Origin: Pirellulaceae bacterium
Lineage (GTDB): Bacteria > Planctomycetota > Planctomycetia > Pirellulales > Pirellulaceae
Reading direction: 5' to 3'
NCBI GenBank assembly: GCA_040081565.1
Contig: JBEBGH010000001.1
Location: forward strand, 1-48,273
DNA: 48,273 nucleotides
Part shown: in pieces, positions 20,701 to 28,126 of the stretch
How positions within the stretch are numbered: position 1 is the first letter of the stretch
Layout of the letters: each line of letters begins with the position of its first letter
Translations under genes and position numbers: made by a program
The notes under the pieces: generated by a model
Told to the model about the DNA's origin: nothing
The model's input: only the letters and a program-made list of their open reading frames with translations
The model's database searches: none

Positions 20701-21351
20701 GCTTGTATTTCAATCGGCGAGTTGGCTGCACATGATCGAACGAGGGTGGAAAGCGCATTTCATACTTTGCTCGAACTGCTCGAATCTAATTGGGACGCTC
20801 CGGTCGAGCATTCCACCGTCTTCACCTCTGACCCGGCTTCGACAGATGTGATCATCGTGGCAACGATCCGCTCGCTAAATAAGATTCAAGTTGAATTCAA
20901 GGTTCGAAGTGAAATCGCATTTCTTGATCAATGGGCCGTGGAATTGGTCACGAAGGTAGTACGGGAAAGACCCATCGTGAATGGTATCGGTTCGACGTCC
21001 CAAGGAGGCAAGTTGATTCAAGATGGCATTGGAGATGCTGCGTGTGAATTTTTCGCGCGCCATCTGAAACCGGAGCAAGCGATCGAATTTATCGAGCAAA
21101 ACTTGGTGTCCGGGTCCGACAATAGCAGCTTTCGTCTGCAGCATCTCTTCTCCGAGTCCGAATTCGTAACGACGATCAACAAAGTACTGCCGGAGTTGAT
21201 CAAATCCATCGAAAAATGGCCTGCCGTCGCCAAATCGGAAGCGCAAAAGTCGAACACGCATGAATTCCTTCGCATGGGCATCTTTTACCTCAAAAATGAT
21301 GAATTCAAAGCGGTCGCGGAATCGGCGATGAAAGCACTATCGAACAAATAG
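17740..21351 (+). CDS. Giant membrane Ser/Thr protein kinase with an N-terminal anti-sigma-like zinc motif and a roughly 750-aa helical-repeat ectodomain
   Basis: H-x3-C-x2-C (HFAVCDQC, nt 17863-17886). Kinase motifs are GAGSSGVV, VALKVL, HRDIKPANIWL, DFG, MSPEQ. TM helix WVAAVVVVGLAAWGW. The C-terminal region is alpha-helical and HEAT-like with a Gly-rich low-complexity tract (EGGGDSGGGAGTG). The start could be GTG 17728 or ATG 17740. Confidence 0.85.
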   Translation: MTKMSGDEEMVSQNNRCPSTAELNDYLQGKLPDEVLHGLESHFAVCDQCEETLRGLGADDTFSRLAENAMSEQTREVGERDFVSKLVTQLRSDVRFRVQPRAIQERSAEVIRFLDQSDSPECLGRLANYRIERVLGAGSSGVVFYAVDESLSRPVALKVLRPSLGSAARQRFMIEARMTASVNHPQIVTIYQVGEERELAFIAMQWLPGETLESRLERVTFLPEPEVRAIASQIVSGLQAAHEKMLVHRDIKPANIWLCEKTGEVKILDFGLARIADDDPHLTSSGMLAGTPNFMSPEQTRGQELDGRTDLFSLGCLMYRAATGKLPFGETGILATLQAIQHQQPRPPIELNPNIGADFSDLVMCLLEKQPANRPSSALVVLEALNQPRENWKFSVVSHHPLESAPQDFQRPVNRSQPSGPISQGQLKWTRWVAAVVVVGLAAWGWSVYGQQIIRVATNRGEIVIDSNDENISIEILKDGELIRVVDLKTEQKIEIKAGVYEIKAGKNGNENSISIQPNTLTMTRGGKQVVTISRTDPKIDAPGAISANRNEPTYDGRTFDQWISQLKNEQSLKFISEGAAALGYLSRNDETKCRQALEWIRPLIREHGSKIMDDKASWPGIFNAFFTQISPRYTVEFAIEEIESGTEQSRNQVIWNLLLGTLYEGDSRLIVDHQKMIRENFPTIMDKALKLIESNRLDKSSHQMRDLLAIAIRSAAQVAAYPSPFYVPRDSGFSQTMKNLLEERLAMRHNKEIRAFLAAELVGMEVRSQLAVNEFCALLSDPELPPELSNQMYYNHLALLNRNDIPQVVPALIKIYDNELMCDRLAMTLAQSIASGQFGKESAPLSPEENRIQIRIKILTQLGNYREKANAALTWLDQLASQKSESKGDQSLAQKAKQAARQIRNLDLKEDGAEGGGDSGGGAGTGARDETGKGDSTNSSVINEKKSGHSEPAESPKVVEKTLQGNTLTEWMKIAETELDRKTLMQACISIGELAAHDRTRVESAFHTLLELLESNWDAPVEHSTVFTSDPASTDVIIVATIRSLNKIQVEFKVRSEIAFLDQWAVELVTKVVRERPIVNGIGSTSQGGKLIQDGIGDAACEFFARHLKPEQAIEFIEQNLVSGSDNSSFRLQHLFSESEFVTTINKVLPELIKSIEKWPAVAKSEAQKSNTHEFLRMGIFYLKNDEFKAVAESAMKALSNK

Positions 21352-21398
21352 GTTGCCGATTCGTGGTATTTCCTGATTCTTTCCGGCTGCGATAATTT

Positions 21399-24300
21399 TC
21401 ATCGACTGGGTTCGATTGCAGTTCGGCCACGAATCGTCCGGAACTGGCGGCTGGTTACAATCGCCTCGATGGCAACGCTGAAACGAAAGCCGTTTTGTGC
21501 CAGCGATCGCTGCATTTGATCGAGCAACGGCTCGTCCGAATGTAGAACCTCCCGGCCCAGGGCGTAGCCCAAAAGTTTTTGGCAAAAGTGCCGCACAAAC
21601 TCGTCGCGCCGTGTCGTCGCAATATAAGCCTGCATTCCGGCAATACCGTCAATCGTCGTTCCATCCATTAGACGCGCCGCTGTATCCACCGGCTCCGCTT
21701 GCATCCGACCAATCGCATCAAATTGTTCCAGCGCGAAACCATAGGGATCGATGCGCACATGGCACTTCGCACACTGCGGTTGACTGCTGTGCAGCTCAAT
21801 CAATTGCCGGGCCGTCAATCCTTCCGGCACGGAGTCAGGCAATTTCGGAACGTCGGCTGGCGGACGCGGCAGTCGTTCGCCTAGCAATGTTTCCGAGACC
21901 CAAACTCCGCGAAGGATCGGACTGGTTCGCGAAGCTCCCGATTGACTGGCCAGTACGGTGGCCATTCCCAGGATCCCGCCCCTCCCGTGTGCGCGCATGC
22001 CGGCCAGTTTTTGCCACTCCGGCCCTTGCACGCCAGAAATTCCGTAATGCCGGGCCATTGCTTCATTCAAGAAGGCATGGTCGCCATCGATGATGTCGAG
22101 AATCGAACCATCGTTGCGAAACAGGTCCTCGAAGTATCGGACAGTCTCTTCATACATGTCGCCGCGTAATTTTGCAAACTCGGGGAACAACTGCTCGTTC
22201 TTGTCGTTGTTTTGATCGAAGTCCCGGACATGCAACCATTGGCAGGCGAACTGGATGGCCAAACGGCGTGTTCGCGGGTCGCGCAGCATTCTGCGTGTCT
22301 GCAAAAGCAGTTCTTCCGGTACTGGTCCCGTCGTGTTTGCCGCGAGCTTATCGCTGCGAGCGGATTCCAAGAGCGGTTCGTCAGGGATTGAAGACCACAG
22401 GAAATAGCTCAGGCGGGTCGCCAATTCGTTAGACGAAACGGGAGCGGGTCGGGCTTCTTCGCCAGCGTTTTCAAGTTTGTAAAGAAAGGCGGGCGATGTC
22501 AGCACGCGAGCCAGCGTCAACCCAATCGCTTCCTCGTGACGCAATTCGCCTTGGCGAAGTTCACGGTACAGGTCCCGCAGTTTCTGCTCTTCATCTGGAG
22601 TCAAAGTTCGCCTCCAGACACGACTGGCAAGTTGTACAACGGCAGCCAAATGGCCCGGTTCGCATTCAATCTTCCGCGCGCGAAAGGCCTCGGCGCGTTT
22701 GTAAATCGGGTCGCGCATCGGAGCAAACGCGGTCACCAGATCCGGACGGTCCTGGGTGGCAAACTCGGAAATTTGTTCAAAAGCCGTCGTGAGCAAAAGT
22801 GGCTCTTGGCTGACAAAAAACAACTGATCCCACAAACGATCGAGTTCCGCCTGTTGTTCCTCATTCAGCATTAGCCGCTGCAGGTATTCGTCCTCGCGGT
22901 GGTACAGAGTCAACGTTACGACTTCGTCGACCGGCACGATTCGTCCGTAACAAAGCGCAGCCGGAAACAGTTCGCGAAACTCGTCCATGGCCCGTTCCAA
23001 TTTTTCCCGCGCGGGACCGGGAATGGCAATGATCGGATCGTTCCAGCTGATGGACTGGTCGACGGGACGGGAATTTGAGGCGCGCAGTTGCACTGCTCCG
23101 CCTTTCGCCGTAGAGCCAGCCGCAAAATGCAAAGTCCCTGTCGTGCGAAATGTCGTATTCGCAAGTAGTTGGGCCGGTAATTTGATCTCCAAAACATGAC
23201 TCGCCTCCAGGCACAAGTTAGCTGCATCGACCGCCGTTCCATCGGGGCCAGTCCCAAACATCGCGGCATCCAATCCATAAACGGAACTCGCGTCACTGGG
23301 ATTTGGGGTCACGGCATCCAACCAACGCAATGGGCCATTCCAAGCCAACAATTGCCGCCGAAACTCCCGGTCACCTTCGTTGAGAGAAGTCGTCTCTGTC
23401 GCGGTCATCAATTGCTGAACGGATTTCTCCAAATCTTCGATTTCGGCATTCGGCCGCTTTTGCAAGATGGCCGTCCGCCACTCGGCGATGGAAGAACCCG
23501 TCGGAAGCGACGAACGAGATTCAGGGCCAATCGCTTGAGCACAAAAATGCCAGACCTCAGAGTTGCCCAGTGTGTCTGCCAAAGGATTCGCTTCTTGAAT
23601 GCGGTCGACGATGTCGGTCGCCAAATTCCAAACGCGTTTTTGTTCGCCGACCTCAGTCAATGTCAGATCGACCCGCGTCGTATCACATGAGTGATCGCCG
23701 GTTCGGGGATTGATGATCAACGAAACGACATCTCCGCGCAGGACTTCAATTTCATTTGCTGCGGCGAAGGTCGCTTGATTCGCAGAATCGATGCTGCCTT
23801 GTTTGACAATGTTCAGACCGATTGAGTTTTGATGCAGCACGCTCCATTCGACGCCGTTTCCACAATTGTTGTCGGCGTCGGCCACGATTCCGTCGAGTTT
23901 AATTTTTCCATCAAGCGGACTTCGCCAGGCGATGACCGATTCGAGTGCTGGTGAGGGATGAACGAAAACGCTGCGGGCGGGAAGTGTAAGCGTCGAAAAG
24001 GCGATCGTATCATCAGAGCGATTCGACAGAATGCTTGGGTTTTGGGGAGAACCCCAACCATTGATCGCCTCATAACCCGAGACCTTTGCCAGTTGTTCTG
24101 TGAAATGCCCTTTTATTTCGCGGCTGGCCGGGCCCAAGCCCAAATACGCCGTCCAAGCCTTCAGGAGCACGGGGTTGAGGCCTCGACTGTCGGCCACGGA
24201 TTCGATGGATTGGTTGCTCGCGTGAAACTCGCGAACCGCAGACAAATACTGCGCCGTGGCGGGTAGTGCATTGGCGATCAGCAATTCGACTTGCGAGCTA

Positions 24301-25568
24301 ATTGCGCGAACATCGCGCAGGAAAATTGGGGGCCGACCATTGCCAAACTCCAAACGCGGTTGCTGCCATTCAGCGAAGTCCGCTGAGCCAACATCGCTTA
24401 CCTTGGCTGCCGCCAGATAAAGAATCAATTCGCCTTCACCGGCATCGGCCAACGGCAAACTGAATTCTTGACTAGCGACGACAGGAGAGATCGCCTCCAT
24501 CCAAGACACCGGTCCGCCTGCTCGTCCGATTTGACCGACCGGATTAAATCGCCACAAAAACGTGTGGGATTGCTCGACGTAAGCCACGAGTTGCGGGACA
24601 TCGTCGATCGTTGCGGCCTTCCATTTCTTGCGCAACTCGCTCAGTCCCAGCCCTGGAGTCTCACGGTCTTCTCTTACCAGCGCCTCCCAGAGTTTGCCGA
24701 GGTATTTTGGATTCAAGGATCGTTCCTCGGCGACTTTTTCAATCGACGATTTTCCGCTTAACAATTCCTCACGATGAACGATCGTTGCCTGAAAGTAGCG
24801 CGTCAACGGAATCACGCCGCCGTGATTGGTGTCGAATTTGATGCCTTGCAAATCTACCGGCATCCCGCCCCCTTCATCGGCAAAGCGGCGATAGAACTCC
24901 TGAATCCGGTTCAAGTGTTCGTCAGAATGATCGCGTCGACTGGCGAACGGTGAAAAGCGGATTCCATCGGGGAGCAGCACCACATGCCGGGCAACTTCAT
25001 GGGCAGCATCGAGGTATTTCGTCATCAGGGCGGGAGACATGCCTTGGGCGGCCCCCGAGTTGGTGAACCCTTCGCCCGCCGCACCATCCACCGGGAACTC
25101 CCGCGTCGGGTTCAGCGAATCCACGCCGGTCAAATCCTGGATGGTGTAGTTGTATTCGGCGTTGCTCAACCGCCGCAGAATCACCGGCCCTGGATCACCG
25201 GCATTGGCCAGTGCAGCCCGCTTGAGCCACTCGTGCACCCACTCGTTCAACTTTGCTGCTTCAGCGTCGGTTGGCTGCGGCGAACCTTCGGGTGGCATCT
25301 GAGATTGCTTCAGCACCTCGCGGACTTTTTGCCAAAGGTCAAATTGCTTCCCCAAGTCGGCGAACGTCCGCGACGCACCGAGATCTATTTCAGCTTCGGC
25401 ATCATCACCCTCATGGCATTCGACGCAGTAGCGGTTGAGCAAGGGTCGCACGTCTTTAGCGAAAGAGTTTTCAAAGTTCGCAGCATCAGATTCTTGCTGT
25501 GCGAACGCAATCGTTGACCCGTCCAGGCAACACAGCCCCAACAGACCAATGACCAAAACAAATCTCAT
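21399..25568 (-). CDS. Planctomycete DUF1587/DUF1592/DUF1595/DUF1588/DUF1585-type giant secreted protein with heme-binding-like CxxCH motifs
   Basis: Signal MRFVLVIGLLGLCCL. N-terminal CVECH and C-terminal CAKCHVRIDPYGFALEQFD (DUF1585-like). TSPAFLYK (DUF1588/1592-like). The start is taken at CAT 25566-25568. Confidence 0.8.
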   Translation of the reverse strand: MRFVLVIGLLGLCCLDGSTIAFAQQESDAANFENSFAKDVRPLLNRYCVECHEGDDAEAEIDLGASRTFADLGKQFDLWQKVREVLKQSQMPPEGSPQPTDAEAAKLNEWVHEWLKRAALANAGDPGPVILRRLSNAEYNYTIQDLTGVDSLNPTREFPVDGAAGEGFTNSGAAQGMSPALMTKYLDAAHEVARHVVLLPDGIRFSPFASRRDHSDEHLNRIQEFYRRFADEGGGMPVDLQGIKFDTNHGGVIPLTRYFQATIVHREELLSGKSSIEKVAEERSLNPKYLGKLWEALVREDRETPGLGLSELRKKWKAATIDDVPQLVAYVEQSHTFLWRFNPVGQIGRAGGPVSWMEAISPVVASQEFSLPLADAGEGELILYLAAAKVSDVGSADFAEWQQPRLEFGNGRPPIFLRDVRAISSQVELLIANALPATAQYLSAVREFHASNQSIESVADSRGLNPVLLKAWTAYLGLGPASREIKGHFTEQLAKVSGYEAINGWGSPQNPSILSNRSDDTIAFSTLTLPARSVFVHPSPALESVIAWRSPLDGKIKLDGIVADADNNCGNGVEWSVLHQNSIGLNIVKQGSIDSANQATFAAANEIEVLRGDVVSLIINPRTGDHSCDTTRVDLTLTEVGEQKRVWNLATDIVDRIQEANPLADTLGNSEVWHFCAQAIGPESRSSLPTGSSIAEWRTAILQKRPNAEIEDLEKSVQQLMTATETTSLNEGDREFRRQLLAWNGPLRWLDAVTPNPSDASSVYGLDAAMFGTGPDGTAVDAANLCLEASHVLEIKLPAQLLANTTFRTTGTLHFAAGSTAKGGAVQLRASNSRPVDQSISWNDPIIAIPGPAREKLERAMDEFRELFPAALCYGRIVPVDEVVTLTLYHREDEYLQRLMLNEEQQAELDRLWDQLFFVSQEPLLLTTAFEQISEFATQDRPDLVTAFAPMRDPIYKRAEAFRARKIECEPGHLAAVVQLASRVWRRTLTPDEEQKLRDLYRELRQGELRHEEAIGLTLARVLTSPAFLYKLENAGEEARPAPVSSNELATRLSYFLWSSIPDEPLLESARSDKLAANTTGPVPEELLLQTRRMLRDPRTRRLAIQFACQWLHVRDFDQNNDKNEQLFPEFAKLRGDMYEETVRYFEDLFRNDGSILDIIDGDHAFLNEAMARHYGISGVQGPEWQKLAGMRAHGRGGILGMATVLASQSGASRTSPILRGVWVSETLLGERLPRPPADVPKLPDSVPEGLTARQLIELHSSQPQCAKCHVRIDPYGFALEQFDAIGRMQAEPVDTAARLMDGTTIDGIAGMQAYIATTRRDEFVRHFCQKLLGYALGREVLHSDEPLLDQMQRSLAQNGFRFSVAIEAIVTSRQFRTIRGRTAIEPSR

Positions 25569-25747
25569 GACACGGCACTTCGCTTGCATGCGTCGACTCA
25601 GGGTCAAGAAAACAAATCGTTCGGTTGCAGCATACTTGGATTTCAACAGTGAACCACAAAACCGAAACTGTGAGTATAGATCAATACCGACTCAAATCCT
25701 ATTAATGCCACGAACTCGTCGAGGTTTCTTCGCATCGACGTTTGCGC

Positions 25748-25783
25748 GAAAGAAAGCCCTCGAGGGGCGTCCCCGAAGGCTTA
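25748..25783 (-). terminator. Putative terminator downstream of tuf
   Basis: On the minus strand AAGCCTTCGGGG-ACG-CCCCTCGAGGGCTT forms a 12-bp stem including two G-U pairs, followed by TCTTTC. Confidence 0.45.
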
Positions 25784-25857
25784 GTTGATTGAGTTCAAGA
25801 ACCGCAGTCGATTCCTGAAAAGCGGCATCCAGTGGCAATCGACTTGAAGCCGTCCCG

Positions 25858-27033
25858 TCAGTCACTAACCGAGGTGACGACGCCGGAGCCGACGGTTTTG
25901 CCCCCTTCGCGGATAGCAAAGTGGCTACCCAGGTTGATCGCGACAGGTTTGTCGAGATGAACCGTGACCACCGCGTTGTCTCCCGGCAAAACCATTTCGC
26001 GGTCGGCAGGGAGAACGATCTCCCCGGTGACGCTGGTGGTGCGGAAGAAAAACTGAGGTTTGTATCCGGCGAAGAAAGCCGTATGTCGGCCCCCTTCGTC
26101 TTTGCTCAGTACGTAGACTTCGCCAGTGAACTTTGCCCGCGGCCGAATCGAGCGGGGAGCCGCAACGACCTGGCCGCGATGCACATCATCGGCTTTGACT
26201 CCGCGCAGGAGAAGGCCGACGTTTTGACCCGCTTCACCAACAGCGATCGGCGCGTTGAAGGCCTCGATCGCCGTGCAAACCGTTTCGATCCCATCGCCGA
26301 GGCCCAGGATTTCGACGGCGTTGCCGGTTGCAATTCGGCCTTGCTCGATCTTGCCGGTGACGACCGTGCCACGGCCCTCGATGGTGTGAACGCCTTCGAT
26401 TGGCATCAGGAACGGTTTGTCGACCGCCCGTTTCGGATCGCTGATGTGCTGATCCAACGCGTCGAGGAGTTGCTCGATGCATCGGATCGCATTCACGTCC
26501 GTCGGGTTTGCCAAAGCCCCCCGTGCATTGCCGCGTATGAAGGGCGTCCGTTCGCCGTCGAAACCGTATTTCGTGAGCAGTTCACGAGTTTCCATTTCAA
26601 CGAGTTCGATCAGTTCGACGTCGTCGACGAGATCGCATTTGTTGATGAAGACAACGAGTTCGGGCACGCCGACTTGCCGCGCGAGCAGAATGTGTTCGCG
26701 CGTCTGCGGCATCGGACCTTCGGTTGCGGCCAGCAGCAAGACAGCACCGTCCATCTGCGCCGCGCCGGTGATCATGTTCTTGACATAATCGGCGTGGCCC
26801 GGACAGTCGATGTGGGCGTAATGTCGCTTTTCCGTTTCGTACTGGACGTGACTGGTGATGATGGTCACCGTCTTGTTGGCGTCGCGTACGATGCCGCCTT
26901 TGGCGATGTCGGCGTAAGGCTTGTGTTTCGCGAGACCTTTCGCTGCCTGAACGGCCAGAATTGCTGCTGTCAAAGTGGTCTTGCCATGGTCGATGTGACC
27001 GATGGTGCCCACGTTCACGTGGACTTTGGTCAT
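25858..27033 (-). CDS. tuf: Elongation factor Tu (divergent, short N-terminus)
   Basis: GHIDHGKTT (G1), [21 protein letters not shown] (G3), NKCD (G4), and a C-terminal [15 protein letters not shown]. The start at CAT 27031-27033 is preceded by GGAGG. The ORF-track extension to 27144 is not needed. Confidence 0.9.
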   Translation of the reverse strand: MTKVHVNVGTIGHIDHGKTTLTAAILAVQAAKGLAKHKPYADIAKGGIVRDANKTVTIITSHVQYETEKRHYAHIDCPGHADYVKNMITGAAQMDGAVLLLAATEGPMPQTREHILLARQVGVPELVVFINKCDLVDDVELIELVEMETRELLTKYGFDGERTPFIRGNARGALANPTDVNAIRCIEQLLDALDQHISDPKRAVDKPFLMPIEGVHTIEGRGTVVTGKIEQGRIATGNAVEILGLGDGIETVCTAIEAFNAPIAVGEAGQNVGLLLRGVKADDVHRGQVVAAPRSIRPRAKFTGEVYVLSKDEGGRHTAFFAGYKPQFFFRTTSVTGEIVLPADREMVLPGDNAVVTVHLDKPVAINLGSHFAIREGGKTVGSGVVTSVSD

Positions 27034-27323
27034 GGGAGAACCTCCTTGATTGCAAAAAAGAGTTGCAATCTTCAAGGGGTAACGGCGAACTTGGACAACC
27101 GCTGCGAGGGTAATCGCTGCGATTTTTTTTATCACGACAGGCAAATCCAGAACAAGTCTCGCCGGAATTGAATGTGGTTAAGACCGGCTTTTGGCCTCGC
27201 AGGTTCGGAGGTGCCAAATCAAAGGAGCCATTTTGACCCCCAACCCGTCAATCCGCTCCATCGACAACTGACAAGCGACGTAAGCCAACCCGCTTTTTTG
27301 CGCTGTCGTATCGACGGCAACCC

Positions 27324-27890
27324 TTAATCCTCATCAAAGCCGCCTTGAAATGAAAGCCGTTGCTTCACGAACTTACCGTTATCAAAAAAGAGAGAATATA
27401 TGTGCTCTTCTTCCCAAGACGCATTAATCTCTATTAATACATACCGTCCCGCAGTTCTCTTTCGGTCTCCGGGGCATCGCGCCTTGATTGGTACAGTCAG
27501 GCCACAAACTCGCACAACTTTTCTAAGATCCTCAAAGCTCTGAATTCTCGGAATTCTGCGCTGTCTTGCCCGTCGTCCCAAGATCTCTCTTGCCGATTCA
27601 TTAGCTTTCCGAATTCGTTGCAAGAACGCCTCCTTGTTCTTAAGCCATTCTTGCCAAAAAAATTGATAAATCATTGGAAGATAAGTGGCCGCATTCCATT
27701 TCTTTAAGAACAATTCAAGTGTTTTTATTGTGTATGCACTAGGTTGCTTGCCGGGTGGCGACACAAGCGTACCGTACACCTTGCCAACACCAGGTAGCGA
27801 GACTCTGCCTTCCCAGAGAATGTCATAGTCAATTCGAAATCGTCCAAGCGCCGGTATGTAAAGGTCTTTACTAGATGAAGCGTTGTGCAT
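27324..27890 (-). CDS. Hypothetical protein (AT-rich orphan ORF)
   Basis: A 188-aa ORF with non-repetitive, balanced composition. Spot counts of four 60-nt lines give 32-47% GC, against mostly 55-60% in neighbouring genes. I recognise no motif with certainty. Confidence 0.5.
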   Translation of the reverse strand: MHNASSSKDLYIPALGRFRIDYDILWEGRVSLPGVGKVYGTLVSPPGKQPSAYTIKTLELFLKKWNAATYLPMIYQFFWQEWLKNKEAFLQRIRKANESAREILGRRARQRRIPRIQSFEDLRKVVRVCGLTVPIKARCPGDRKRTAGRYVLIEINASWEEEHIYSLFFDNGKFVKQRLSFQGGFDED

Positions 27891-28126
27891 GGCAATTCCT
27901 CAAAAACTACTCTCCCTCGTTCTTGGGTCGGCAAACCAATTTTCGACGAATCCGTCCCAGTTCAACAAGCGTGGAAGCTGTTCAATCACTGCGAGATTGA
28001 TTTTACTCGATCGCAAGAGTCAAAAGAACAACTTCGCCAAATGATTGGCGCGGCGGTTGGTTTGCTTCATACTGACGATTGATTTAAGCCAAAAAAATGA
28101 TTTGGGCATACCATGCGGAGGTGACG

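Noticed and set aside
25921-27171. 416-aa ORF on the + strand
   Set aside because: It is entirely antisense to the clearly recognisable EF-Tu gene. Its product is Arg/Asp/Val-rich with no motifs, the typical mirror ORF of a high-GC, highly expressed gene.
27034-27323. Expected tRNA gene(s) next to tuf
   Set aside because: I scanned the regions flanking tuf (25569-25857 and 27034-27323) for T-arm-like GGTTCGAATCC / GGATTCGAACC motifs and cloverleaf potential and found none. I also recognised no tRNA elsewhere, though without a tRNAscan run this is not exhaustive.
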